IMG/VR virus record: IMGVR_UViG_2880152234_000004
Coordinates: 64,001 to 128,000 of that record
Reading direction: 5' to 3' (one strand)
DNA from: a virus
Lineage: Duplodnaviria; Caudoviricetes
DNA: 64,000 nucleotides
Part shown: positions 30,688 to 41,266 of the stretch, one piece after another
Layout: every line of letters begins with the position of its first letter
Position numbering within the stretch: the stretch's first letter is position 1
The notes under the pieces: model-generated
What the model was told of the DNA's origin: nothing
The model's input: the letters and a program-made list of their open reading frames with translations, nothing else
The model's database searches: none
Made by a program: the position numbers and the translations under genes

Positions 30688-31689
30688 ATGACCAAATCAA
30701 TTGAAAAGAATATGCTCAGATCTCGAGCAGTAAAGCTTCCTGAGGTCACGGAATCAATGTGGGAGCAAGTTGACGAGGAACATAGAAACCTGGTTCAAGA
30801 GTTTTTAGATGCTCACTCGTTTAGAGATAAAACACGAAAACAATATTACTCCTCCCTTCGTCAATTCTTTTGGTGGGTACATACCTCTCTTAACGGGAAA
30901 AAGCTTTATAAGATTTCAAAGCGTGATTTCATTAGGTATCAAAGTTTCTTAAAGAATCGTGGTATGTCTTCAAGTGGGATTGCCCTCAAAAAAGCCGGTG
31001 TATCCTCGTTAAATAATTATATTGAAAATGTTGTTTCAGAAGATGATCAGAATTATGAGAAATTTAGAAACTTCACTCGTGGACTCCCAGCTATACCAAA
31101 AACAACTACATATGAAAAAGTAAAAGTTACATATGATGATTATAAGCTTATGATGAACGCCCTAAAAGAAGATGAAAACTATTTGGGGATGGCATGGCTT
31201 GCTACTGCCTTTAATGTTGGCGGACGAAGAGCAGAACTTATACAATTAAAAACAGAAATATTAGATTACCCTATTCTAGAGGGTCAGTCATATGTGATGA
31301 GTCATAAGGTATTTGGAAAAGGTAAAGGCGAAGGAAAGCCTCTTGAGTACATGATTAACACAGAAGCATTGGAGTACCTTCGATTGTGGCATGAAAAACG
31401 TGGTTATGATCATGAATATCTCTTCACTACTCAGTATGGCGGAGAACCTAAACAGATGTCAGAGTCTTGGGCTGATTATTTTTGCTCTGATGTATTATCA
31501 GACATCCTTGGCCGCCGTATTAATCCTCACCTCTTTAAGGCCTCATGTATCACTTATCTCCTAGAAGTTAAGAAAATCAAAATCGAATTGATAAGCAAAT
31601 ATGTAGCTCATCATGAAGATGTCTCAACAACAATCAAGCACTATGATTTACGGGATTTTGAAGAAGAAAAGAATCAAATATTTGTTTAG
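30688..31689 (+). CDS. yomM: Tyrosine recombinase (XerC/D-like) YomM
   Basis: GGRRAEL, GKG, PHLFK, AHHEDVSTT..HY catalytic motifs; N-terminal SAM-like domain. Confidence 0.9.
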   Translation: MTKSIEKNMLRSRAVKLPEVTESMWEQVDEEHRNLVQEFLDAHSFRDKTRKQYYSSLRQFFWWVHTSLNGKKLYKISKRDFIRYQSFLKNRGMSSSGIALKKAGVSSLNNYIENVVSEDDQNYEKFRNFTRGLPAIPKTTTYEKVKVTYDDYKLMMNALKEDENYLGMAWLATAFNVGGRRAELIQLKTEILDYPILEGQSYVMSHKVFGKGKGEGKPLEYMINTEALEYLRLWHEKRGYDHEYLFTTQYGGEPKQMSESWADYFCSDVLSDILGRRINPHLFKASCITYLLEVKKIKIELISKYVAHHEDVSTTIKHYDLRDFEEEKNQIFV

Positions 31690-31707
31690 TTAAAATCCCT
31701 CTTTTAT
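31690..31707 (+). repeat. Junction motif directly after the yomM stop codon
   Basis: TAG then TTAAAA-TCCCTC-TTTTAT. Confidence 0.75.
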
Positions 31708-31831
31708 GCAGAATCAAGATTCCTCAGTAGAGGAATTTTGCTTAAGCATAGAATGTTCTACACAAAAAAGGAGTATCCTCCTATTTTATCGAATTATCTT
31801 ATTTGAAAATAATTTAGCGAGGATGTCAGCA

Positions 31832-32998
31832 ATGTCAAAGAATATTGTAAAGAATCAACATTATGTTTCAGAATTTATACTAAGGAACTTCGCCAATGAA
31901 AAAAAACAAGTAGTGGAATGCCAACTAAAGCACAAGAAAGCATATCCTATCAATATCAACCGCTCGATGAGCTCTAAGTATACTTATGAGCATAATAAAC
32001 TTGAGCAAAATCTCCTTGAAAAATATTTCAGCAAATTGGAAAGCAAAGTGGCACCTACATTAAAAAAAATTGTTAATGAGCTAGAAAAGGAAATGAGTAA
32101 TACAAGATTAGTTTATGAATTGGTTTGCTCTATCTTTATAGAATTATTAGTATTCTATTATAGAAGTGGTGCCCTACTTCATGAGTTCACTTCTCAATAT
32201 GGGCTAGTTAAAAGTGATGAAAAAATAGAACTTTTGATAAAAAAGATAATCAATTTTAAATATTTAAATGATCTTAAAACAATGATAGTGAATAATTACG
32301 AGTGGTCAATAATAAAAAATGATAAAAATGATTTTATTCTAAGTGATCAATACATCAGTACAGCAGCACTTTCAGCTAAAAGTCGTTTTTTAAATATTAC
32401 AAACAGACATATGGGTCTTAAAGATGTAATAATACTAATCCCAATCTCTAGTCGGTTTTATTTTGTCTTTTACAATGGGAAAAAGCCAAATTATATAAAA
32501 AAAGAGCAACTATGCACTCTAAATGAAAGTCAAACATTTGAAATAAACGTGGCTATTCTAAATAACTCTTATCAAAAGTGCATCAGTTGTAATGATGAGG
32601 CATTAACAAGAGTATTGGATAGATTTAACGAGGTGAATCCAGTCGGTTCATTTGCCCATTATAATTCTGGATATAAAGAGTTTAAAGTTAAAAAAGAAGT
32701 GTTTTTTTATGAAGAAGATCTAACATCTTATGAATTTTTTACATCTTTTCGTTTTCGTAAGTATAAGAATCTAAAAAGAAATGAAAGATGTGTCTGTAAA
32801 AGTGGCATGAAATATAAAAATTGTTGTTTGATTTATGTACAAAAAGCTGAACTTATCTTTAATGATTTCCAGCGTAATGTAAACCCTCTTTCCTACAGTG
32901 CTAATCCATACAATATTATCGAACAAAGCATTAACGAAGTATTCTCTATTGAAGAACCCCAATTATTTAAGGATATAAGATTAGCTTCTAAAAAATAA
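31832..32998 (+). CDS. DUF4238 protein with C-terminal SEC-C zinc motif; candidate anti-phage protein
   Basis: NQHYVSEFILRNF, FILSDQ, LIPISSR; RNERCVCKSGMKYKNCC; RBS GAGGA before ATG 31832. Confidence 0.75.
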   Translation: MSKNIVKNQHYVSEFILRNFANEKKQVVECQLKHKKAYPININRSMSSKYTYEHNKLEQNLLEKYFSKLESKVAPTLKKIVNELEKEMSNTRLVYELVCSIFIELLVFYYRSGALLHEFTSQYGLVKSDEKIELLIKKIINFKYLNDLKTMIVNNYEWSIIKNDKNDFILSDQYISTAALSAKSRFLNITNRHMGLKDVIILIPISSRFYFVFYNGKKPNYIKKEQLCTLNESQTFEINVAILNNSYQKCISCNDEALTRVLDRFNEVNPVGSFAHYNSGYKEFKVKKEVFFYEEDLTSYEFFTSFRFRKYKNLKRNERCVCKSGMKYKNCCLIYVQKAELIFNDFQRNVNPLSYSANPYNIIEQSINEVFSIEEPQLFKDIRLASKK

Positions 32999-33197
32999 AA
33001 AAACAACGCCCCATAATTTTTCCGTATTCTCGGATAATTGGTAGAGGTGTCACATATGTTATTTTTTAAGAAATGAAAACGGCAAATCAATTATTTAAGG
33101 TGATTATTACATATTATATGAGCACGAAAACTAAATATAAAATGAGAAAGAGGAATGCATTGAGCGTTCCTCTTTTATTTAGTTAAAAATTATACTG

Positions 33198-33392
33198 CTA
33201 ATTCGTTACGGGTCTTTTGTTTTTGAATAATCGTACGACAAAGGTGAACACCAATGAACAAATCAAACTAACCAATAACAAATTCAAAATTGAACTGACT
33301 TGTAATCCATCAGTGTTTATTTGGAAACCGAAAAACAAAGCGAAAAACAGAAAAGACAATGTGAAGGATCTAGAAAGAAAAAACTGTTTCAT
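33198..33392 (-). CDS. Small two-TM membrane protein
   Basis: 64 aa, RBS AAGGAG, antisense to the late operon. Confidence 0.65.
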   Translation of the reverse strand: MKQFFLSRSFTLSFLFFALFFGFQINTDGLQVSSILNLLLVSLICSLVFTFVVRLFKNKRPVTN

Positions 33393-33663
33393 AAAACATC
33401 AGCTCCTTTGTTTATTTTACGCTTGTTTTCTTACTAATTGTTCCTTTTTTATTGCCGGTTAAATTAACTTATATATATTGATCTTTGACTACCAAGCCAT
33501 AACCATTAATTTCGAGACCAAAGTAGAGATTCCCTCTGCCGTAAACCTCAGCATAATTAGATCCTTTTTATGTGGTGCTTTTTGTCGCTCTGGCCATCTC
33601 ATATCAGTCCTATACTTTTGGAAACATGGTATAATGCAGGTAAATGATACCGGCGGTGGTTAA

Positions 33664-34290
33664 ATGATTTGGGCAATTATTTTGGTTTTGGGGATTGGAG
33701 CTTTTTTTATAATTGGATCTCTTGGTATAGATAAACAAAAAGAGGAGGAAAAACAAAGGTTAAACAAAATTGAATCTGCCGGGAACTTCTCTTCCCAGCA
33801 CAGATATGTTCTCAATCCCGATAAAAATAAAAAATTAACTTTAAAAGAGTCTGAAAATAAGTTTATTGTTCATCAGTTTAAATCAAACAATGATCTTGAA
33901 GAAATGGTTATTCCATTCGATAAAATTATTGAAGCTGAAATTTCTATTGATGATACTTCAATATCAACTGTATCTAGAGGTAGTCAAATGGCAGGTACAG
34001 TTGTCGGCGGGCTTGCTGCAGGCGGTATTGGTGCTCTTATTGGAGGGTTATCATCAAACAGAACTGAGTCGAAACAATTTAGAAAAATTGACCTTAAATT
34101 AAAACTTGATGATTTTTCAAATCCTATATTTAAACTAGAATTTTTGCCAAGTAAAAATGATCTTGGTTTAGAAAATACTAAAGGATTTAAACAAGATGAC
34201 CAAAAAGTTAAAGAAGCCTTATCGAATGTTGAAATTTGGCAAGGGATTATGGAAATAGCAATACGCAAAGGGAGTAAAGTCGCTCAATAG
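33664..34290 (+). CDS. Membrane-anchored protein, YomJ-like (candidate superinfection exclusion)
   Basis: N-terminal TM, GGLAAGGIGALIGGL glycine motif, own TG-TATAAT element; just before the tape measure gene. Confidence 0.6.
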   Translation: MIWAIILVLGIGAFFIIGSLGIDKQKEEEKQRLNKIESAGNFSSQHRYVLNPDKNKKLTLKESENKFIVHQFKSNNDLEEMVIPFDKIIEAEISIDDTSISTVSRGSQMAGTVVGGLAAGGIGALIGGLSSNRTESKQFRKIDLKLKLDDFSNPIFKLEFLPSKNDLGLENTKGFKQDDQKVKEALSNVEIWQGIMEIAIRKGSKVAQ

Positions 34291-34308
34291 CTGAGTGGCT
34301 TTTTTATT
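34278..34308 (+). terminator. Intrinsic terminator
   Basis: AGTCGCTCA-ATAGC-TGAGTGGCT plus T-run. Confidence 0.65.
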
Positions 34309-34344
34309 TTCCTCCCTCCCCTACTGAAAGGAAGTGATTCTTAC

Positions 34345-37300
34345 TTGAGTCAAAACCTCAAAATCATATTAACCCCGCAAGCTGATACGTCATCAAAAAC
34401 TGTCGAACAGTTAAATCAGCAAATCAAATCTTTAGAAAAAAAGCTTAACTCCCTCAAACTCAACACAAATATTGATTCTAAAACCTTAAAAGCTCTGCAA
34501 GAATTCTCTTCTGCTGTAGATGCGTATCAAAAAAATCTAAGCTCTTATAATCAAACAGTAAAAGAAACGTCCACAGTAATTAAGAATGCTGATGGATCAG
34601 TTGAAAAGCTCACCCAGCAATACAAGAAAAACGGTGAGATTCTTCAACGTGAAACGAAAATAATCAATAATCGTAATGCTGCTCTAAGGCAAGAAACTCA
34701 AGAGATTAACAAACTCGCTCAAGCTACTGAAAAACTAGGTCAAGTACAAAAAAAGACCGAACAAAAGAACTTACAGGGTCAAACCACTAAGGTTGTACAG
34801 AAAAATCGTAACGGTTTTGAAGACATTGTTTATACGACTGACCCTAAAACTAATGCAACTTCATCAAGAACTACAACTAATTATGATCAGCAACGGAAAG
34901 CAGTTGAACAACTAAACCAGAGCCTAGAAAAGTTGAGAGAAAAAGGACTAGTCTCTTCCCAAGTGCTCACTCGTCTCTCGACTTCAATTAATGGTGCACA
35001 AACAGCTTCTCATATTGATCAAATTGCTAACCGTATTAAGCGTCTTGATGATTCATCCACCGCTAAAGCAAAAACAAAAGAACTTGAGCATCAAGTTCAA
35101 TTATATCAACGTCAAGCGCAAATAAATGTTCAAAACCTCAATACTCGTTACGGCAGTTCACTTAGCACTGCTAACTCCTCTGTCCTGCAGAATTATCTCA
35201 ACTCAGTAAACCAACTCTCGGCAAGAACTCCTAATTTAAGAACACAGATGCAGAATCTAAACATGCAATTCAGAGAAGTATCTGCAAATGCATCCTCTGC
35301 CTCTAGCAATGTTTCAGGTTTTGGGGAACAATTAACACAGTCATTCAGCCGTATGCCCGCATATTTTCTGAGTGGGACAATATTCTATTCGGGCATTCAA
35401 GCATTGAAATCGATGGTGGATCAGGTTATTCAGATTGACACACTTATGACTAATATTCGCCGGGTTATGAACGAGCCTGATTACAAGTTTAATGAACTCC
35501 TTAAGTCTTCAATTGCTCTAGGTGATCAGCTTTCAAATAAAATTTCAGATATACTTGAAATCACTGGTTCATTTGGGAGAATGGGATATGATGAATCTGA
35601 ACTTGGTGACGTAACTAAAACTGCTCAAATATTACAGAACATCTCAGATTTAAATCCTACTGATACAGTAAACACTTTAACAGCAGCAATGCTTAACTTT
35701 AATGTAGCAGCCGGTGATTCTATATCGATTGCGGATAAGTTGAATGAAGTCGATAACAATTATGCAGTAAGTACCTTAGATCTTGCAAACAGTATTAGAA
35801 AGGCAGGCTCTACAGCTTCTACTTTCGGTGTAGAATTAAACGACTTAATTGGGTATACAACAGCAATTGCTAGTACTACTCGTGAATCCGGGAATATTGT
35901 TGGTAACTCATTAAAGACGATTTTTGCTCGTATTGGTAATAACCAGAGTTCAATCAAAGCATTAGAACAGATCGGTATCTCAGTAAAAACAGCTGGTGGT
36001 GAAGCTAAGTCTTCAAGTGAATTAATTGATGAACTCGCTGAAAAATGGGACACGCTCTCTGATGCCCAAAAACAAAATACATCAATAGGCGTTGCGGGTA
36101 TTTATCAATTGTCTCGTTTTAACGCAATGATGAATAACTTCTCCATTGCCCAAAGTGCCGCTAATACTGCCACTAATTCAGTCGGTAGCTCATGGAAAGA
36201 ACAACAAAAATATGCCGATAGCTTGCAAGCTAGAGTCAATCGTTTATCCAATGCTTTTACAGAAATGTCTGTGGCATCAGGTGAAGCGTTAATATCTGAT
36301 AGTATCGTAGTGTTCGCAGATGCATTAAAAAGTTTGATGCAATTAAGTGCGCAAGTAACCAAGTCCGTTGGATTACTTCCACAAGTATTTGGAGCAGCAA
36401 CAGCTTCAGTTATATTATTTAACTCTTCACTTCGTGCAAGTGCTTTAACTTCAGGCACTGCAATGGGTGCAGCTCTAAAAAATCTTATTCTTAATTTTAA
36501 TACTTTTACGGTTGGAGTGACAGCAGCTTCAGCCAAAACAGCAATTTGGAGTAAAATCACCGCTGCTTTTTCAACTTCAATCACAAGCTTAAAAAAGGCC
36601 GCAATGACTACTGGAGCTTTCTTAGCTGGTAGCTTCCTACCTATGGCAGCAATGATGGCCTTTGGTGTTGTTATTGAGAAGCTAATATCCTCATACTCCA
36701 AATTAAAACAAGCTCGAGAAGATTTCGAACAAGCTAAGATAACAAGTATTGAAGCTATAACAACAAACAAAGACTCAACGGATAAGTTAATTGCTCAATA
36801 CAAAGAATTACAAAAAGCAAAGGAATCTGGAACCCTTAGTTCTGAAAAAGAGCAAGAATACCTTCAAGTTACACAACAACTAGCTCAGACTTTCCCAAAT
36901 TTAATTGCAGGATACGATTCACAAGGTCAAGCAATAATCAAAAACAATGACGCTCTAAAAGAAGCTATTCAATATACTAAAGAACTAGCAGATCTTAATA
37001 AAGAAGATATTAAGACTGGTGCAAAAAGCAACTTTAAAGAGAGTTTAAAAGATATTGAAAAGCTAAATGATAAAATTGAGCAGTATAAACAAATTGCTGA
37101 TTATTATAAAGACGGAAAAAGCTGGGATATTTTTTCTTCAGATAATGATAAAAAGAACCAAGGGATTAAAGCTGAACAAGACGCTCTACGCACTGAACAG
37201 GAACTGTCTAGCTCCCAGGCTAAAATCAGAGAACAAGTACTTCAAACTGTCGATGCGTTCAACTCAGTAAAGATCAATCCAAACCTCTCTAAACAAATTA

Positions 37301-40300
37301 ATGATGCATTTAATAAAATTGATTTCAGTAAAATGAACCCTGATGAGCTTGAGTCATTTTCGATTAATGTAGCAAACTATATGGACGAGATACAAAGAGC
37401 TCTTCAATCAGGCAACAAAGATAACTTCTCAAAAGCTTCACAAGGGCTTGAACTGCTTATAAATCAAGCTATGAGTGGCAAAGACAAAAATAATGGTCTT
37501 GTGCTCTCTTATGGAGATCTTAAAGATGCTATTGACTCAGCAAACAATTCAGCAGAAGCATCTAAAGTAACATGGGACGAAAATGGAGAAGGTGTTGATG
37601 CTTTAGGAGAATCTATTGGCACCCTGTCTGACAAGCTAAAAGATGCTAAAGGTGACTTTGAAGCAATTAGCTCTATTATAAGTGACCTTGTTAAATCTAA
37701 ACAAAATGATTTAGCTATTTCGGCAATGCAAAATGATGCTTATAATGCTATGGCTGATAACATCTCCCCTTTAAATGAATTACTTGAGAAAATGGCGAAG
37801 GGTAAAAGTTTATCAGCTACAGAAGCTATGAAGCTTATACAGAAAGAAAACGATCTTGCAGGTGCTATTTCAGTAGAAAATGGCGTTGTAAAAATAAATA
37901 GAAATGCAGTTGTTAAGCTTCGTGACACAAAACTAAAAGCGTACAATGATATGCAGCAGTCTGTTAAGCAGGATCTAATAAATCAAGCTAATGCTTTAAA
38001 CAAAAAGATTAATATGTATAAATCTGAAGTTAAAGCGATCAAGACCGTTCAAGATGCTTATAATATGAAGTCAGATATTGAAAAACAAAAGCAAAAAATT
38101 CTTGATGAAATGAAAAAAGGTAATGGTGGAGCAATTCAATACCTTCCTAAAACTCAAGAAGATTTAAATCAAGTTACTGATATTACAGATCAACTTAAAG
38201 AACTTGATAAATTAGCTGATTTAGCCTCTTCTTCCCTTTCAGAGACTGGCACATCAATGGAAGGCATGTCTTCATCTGCAGAAAAAGCTTCTGAAGAAGT
38301 AAAAACTTCAATGTATGTTGCTGATAAATACAAGGAGGCATTAGAAAAAGTTAATGCCGAAATTGACAAGTATAACAAACGGGTCAATGATTATCCGAAG
38401 TATTCTCAGAAATATAGAGATGCGATTAAAAAAGAGATAAAAGCTCTACAACAAAAGAAAAAGCTTATGCAGGAACAAGCTAAGCTGCTTAAAGATCAAA
38501 TTAAATCCGGTAACATTACGCAATATGGTATTGTAACCTCCACAACTTCATCTGGCGGAACCTCCTCTTCAACTGGTGGCTCATATACAGGAAAGTATTC
38601 AAGCTACATAAATTCTGCAGCTAGTAAATACAATGTTGACCCTGCCCTTATTGCAGCTGTAATTCAGCAAGAATCAGGGTTCAATGCTAAAGCACGATCT
38701 GGCGTAGGCGCTATGGGACTAATGCAACTGATGCCAGCAACAGCAAAAAGATTAGGGGTAAATAACGCTTACGATCCTTATCAAAATGTTATGGGTGGAA
38801 CCAAATATCTTGCCCAACAGCTTGAAAAGTTTGGCGGTAATGTTGAAAAAGCATTGGCTGCATATAATGCTGGGCCTGGTAACGTAATTAAATATGGCGG
38901 TATCCCTCCTTTTAAAGAAACACAGAATTATGTTAAGAAGATTATGGCCAACTACAGCAAATCCCTCTCCTCTGCCACTTCTTCAATCGCCAGCTATTAT
39001 ACAAATAATAGCGCTTTTAGGGTAAGCTCCAAATATGGACAACAGGAATCCGGTCTCCGCTCCTCCCCACACAAAGGAACTGATTTTGCTGCAAAAGCAG
39101 GTACAGCAATTAAATCTCTTCAAAGTGGTAAAGTCCAAATTGCTGGCTACAGTAAAACTGCAGGTAACTGGGTTGTTATTAAACAGGATGATGGAACAGT
39201 TGCCAAGTACATGCACATGCTTAACACTCCTTCTGTAAAAGCAGGTCAATCAGTTAAAGCCGGTCAAACTATTGGTAAAGTTGGTAGCACAGGGAACTCA
39301 ACTGGGAACCACCTTCATCTACAAATCGAACAAAATGGGAAAACAATCGATCCTGAAAAGTACATGCAAGGTATTGGAACTTCTATTTCAGATGCGTCAC
39401 AAGCTGAGGCAGAACGGCAACAAGGGATAGCACAGGCTAAATCTGATCTTCTCTCCCTCCAAGGAGATATCAGTTCAGTCAATGATCAGATTCAAGAACT
39501 TCAGTATGAGCTAGTTCAATCTAAACTCGATGAGTTTGATAAAAGAATTGGGGATTTTGATGTTCGGATAGCTAAAGATGAATCAATGGCTAACCGATAC
39601 ACTTCTGACAGCAAGGAATTCCGCAAATACACCTCTGATCAGAAAAAAGCTGTAGCAGAGCAAGCTAAAATTCAACAACAAAAAGTTAACTGGATTCAAA
39701 ATGAAATAAAAACAAATAAAGCATTGAATTCTGCTCAACGTGCTCAGCTTCGAGAAGAACTTAAACAAGCCAAGCTAGATTTAATTTCTGTTCAAGACCA
39801 GGTACGTGAGCTACAGAAACAACTTGTTCAATCTAAAGTTGATGAAACACTCAAGTCAATTGAAAAGTCATCTTCTAAAACCCAAGGGAAAATTAAAGAT
39901 GTCGATAACAAAATTTCAATGACTGAAGAAGATGAAGACAAGGTTAAGTACTATAGCAAACAGATAAAGCTCATTCAGCAACAACAAAAGGAAGCCAAAA
40001 AATATATCAAACAGCTTGAAGAGCAAAAGAAAGCTGCGAAAGGTTTCCCTGACATTCAGGAACAGATCACTGAAGAAATCGAAAACTGGAAAGATAAACA
40101 GAAAGATTTCAATCTTGAGCTTTATAACACCAAAAAGTCTATCAAGGATATCTATAAATCCTTAGCTGATGAAGTTGTGTCAATCTATAAAGAAATGTAC
40201 GAAAAGATGCGGGATATTGAGTTAAAAGCGCATCAGAAAGCAACACAAGACTTGATTGATGAGATTGACAAAGAAGACGAAGAAGCTAAGTATCAGAAGG

Positions 40301-41223
40301 AATTGAAGGAGAAAAACCAAGCAATACAGGAAACAAAAAATAAGATTAATAAGCTTTCCATGGACGACTCCTCTGAGGCTAAATCGCAAGTCAAAGACCT
40401 AGAGAAACAGCTTCAAGAACAACAGGAAGCTTTGGATGAGTATATTAAAGACCGTAGCAACACAAAACGTAAAGAAGCCCTTCAGGATCAGCTTGAAAAA
40501 GACGAGGAGTCAATCAACAACAAGTACGATGACCTGGTAAATGATGAACGAGCATTCAAAAAGCTTGAAGATAAGCTCATGGATGGTAAAATCACTGATA
40601 TCGCTAAACAGCTTAATGAATTCACCAAGTTTATAAACGAGAATATGAAGTCTATTGGAAAAAGTATCTCCAATAATTTGATTGATAAGCTTAAGGACGC
40701 TGCCAATGCTTTAAATACAGTTACAACTGGAAATACAACAGGTAAAAAGGTGTCATCATTTGCTTCTGGTGGATATACAGGCACAGGGCTTGGAGCAGGA
40801 AAGCTTGCATTCTTACATGACAAGGAACTTATTTTAAACAAGACAGATACTGAAAACATGCTGAAAGCTGTAAAACAAGTTCGTCAAACGTCCACTGATA
40901 ACTCAGTAAAGACTGCCTCTAAATGGGGTCAACCTGGTAAAATTTCTGATGTTTTAAGTAAGAGTATTGCTCTTGTAACACCTGCTATGAACGCCGCAGT
41001 TTCTAGTCAAACAAATCTAACAAAAGGCTTAATTCCAACTCTTAAGAACTTCTCGACCCCTACTGTACCCCCTTCTACACCTCAAGGGAATACATCAAAC
41101 AATCAGAACTCATTCACAATTAATGTAACAGAAGCTAGTAATGCTAAAGAGACTGCAAGCTTAGTATACAAACAATTAGCAAATGGGCTTAAAAATACTG
41201 GACTAAATTTCAACATCACATGA
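34345..41223 (+). CDS. cwlP: Tape measure protein with lytic transglycosylase (SLT) and M23 peptidase domains (CwlP/YomI)
   Basis: 2292 aa; QESGF..GAMGLMQLMP..AAYNAGPG SLT motifs; HKGTD and HLH M23 motifs. Confidence 0.93.
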   Translation: MSQNLKIILTPQADTSSKTVEQLNQQIKSLEKKLNSLKLNTNIDSKTLKALQEFSSAVDAYQKNLSSYNQTVKETSTVIKNADGSVEKLTQQYKKNGEILQRETKIINNRNAALRQETQEINKLAQATEKLGQVQKKTEQKNLQGQTTKVVQKNRNGFEDIVYTTDPKTNATSSRTTTNYDQQRKAVEQLNQSLEKLREKGLVSSQVLTRLSTSINGAQTASHIDQIANRIKRLDDSSTAKAKTKELEHQVQLYQRQAQINVQNLNTRYGSSLSTANSSVLQNYLNSVNQLSARTPNLRTQMQNLNMQFREVSANASSASSNVSGFGEQLTQSFSRMPAYFLSGTIFYSGIQALKSMVDQVIQIDTLMTNIRRVMNEPDYKFNELLKSSIALGDQLSNKISDILEITGSFGRMGYDESELGDVTKTAQILQNISDLNPTDTVNTLTAAMLNFNVAAGDSISIADKLNEVDNNYAVSTLDLANSIRKAGSTASTFGVELNDLIGYTTAIASTTRESGNIVGNSLKTIFARIGNNQSSIKALEQIGISVKTAGGEAKSSSELIDELAEKWDTLSDAQKQNTSIGVAGIYQLSRFNAMMNNFSIAQSAANTATNSVGSSWKEQQKYADSLQARVNRLSNAFTEMSVASGEALISDSIVVFADALKSLMQLSAQVTKSVGLLPQVFGAATASVILFNSSLRASALTSGTAMGAALKNLILNFNTFTVGVTAASAKTAIWSKITAAFSTSITSLKKAAMTTGAFLAGSFLPMAAMMAFGVVIEKLISSYSKLKQAREDFEQAKITSIEAITTNKDSTDKLIAQYKELQKAKESGTLSSEKEQEYLQVTQQLAQTFPNLIAGYDSQGQAIIKNNDALKEAIQYTKELADLNKEDIKTGAKSNFKESLKDIEKLNDKIEQYKQIADYYKDGKSWDIFSSDNDKKNQGIKAEQDALRTEQELSSSQAKIREQVLQTVDAFNSVKINPNLSKQINDAFNKIDFSKMNPDELESFSINVANYMDEIQRALQSGNKDNFSKASQGLELLINQAMSGKDKNNGLVLSYGDLKDAIDSANNSAEASKVTWDENGEGVDALGESIGTLSDKLKDAKGDFEAISSIISDLVKSKQNDLAISAMQNDAYNAMADNISPLNELLEKMAKGKSLSATEAMKLIQKENDLAGAISVENGVVKINRNAVVKLRDTKLKAYNDMQQSVKQDLINQANALNKKINMYKSEVKAIKTVQDAYNMKSDIEKQKQKILDEMKKGNGGAIQYLPKTQEDLNQVTDITDQLKELDKLADLASSSLSETGTSMEGMSSSAEKASEEVKTSMYVADKYKEALEKVNAEIDKYNKRVNDYPKYSQKYRDAIKKEIKALQQKKKLMQEQAKLLKDQIKSGNITQYGIVTSTTSSGGTSSSTGGSYTGKYSSYINSAASKYNVDPALIAAVIQQESGFNAKARSGVGAMGLMQLMPATAKRLGVNNAYDPYQNVMGGTKYLAQQLEKFGGNVEKALAAYNAGPGNVIKYGGIPPFKETQNYVKKIMANYSKSLSSATSSIASYYTNNSAFRVSSKYGQQESGLRSSPHKGTDFAAKAGTAIKSLQSGKVQIAGYSKTAGNWVVIKQDDGTVAKYMHMLNTPSVKAGQSVKAGQTIGKVGSTGNSTGNHLHLQIEQNGKTIDPEKYMQGIGTSISDASQAEAERQQGIAQAKSDLLSLQGDISSVNDQIQELQYELVQSKLDEFDKRIGDFDVRIAKDESMANRYTSDSKEFRKYTSDQKKAVAEQAKIQQQKVNWIQNEIKTNKALNSAQRAQLREELKQAKLDLISVQDQVRELQKQLVQSKVDETLKSIEKSSSKTQGKIKDVDNKISMTEEDEDKVKYYSKQIKLIQQQQKEAKKYIKQLEEQKKAAKGFPDIQEQITEEIENWKDKQKDFNLELYNTKKSIKDIYKSLADEVVSIYKEMYEKMRDIELKAHQKATQDLIDEIDKEDEEAKYQKELKEKNQAIQETKNKINKLSMDDSSEAKSQVKDLEKQLQEQQEALDEYIKDRSNTKRKEALQDQLEKDEESINNKYDDLVNDERAFKKLEDKLMDGKITDIAKQLNEFTKFINENMKSIGKSISNNLIDKLKDAANALNTVTTGNTTGKKVSSFASGGYTGTGLGAGKLAFLHDKELILNKTDTENMLKAVKQVRQTSTDNSVKTASKWGQPGKISDVLSKSIALVTPAMNAAVSSQTNLTKGLIPTLKNFSTPTVPPSTPQGNTSNNQNSFTINVTEASNAKETASLVYKQLANGLKNTGLNFNIT

Positions 41224-41266
41224 GTCGGCTAAGATTGCCGGCTCTATTTATATTGGGGGTGAAAAA

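Noticed and set aside
30688-31689. yomM as the prophage integrase marking a boundary
   Set aside because: It lies within the tail operon with phage genes on both sides; SPbeta-type integration uses a serine recombinase not present in this window.
33040-33110. RBS plus ATG (MLFFKK-stop) after the DUF4238 gene
   Set aside because: Only six codons; may be a remnant but cannot be supported as a gene.
35760-40859. Several minus-strand and alternative-frame ORFs inside the tape measure gene
   Set aside because: Shadow ORFs of a long coding sequence; no RBS support noted.
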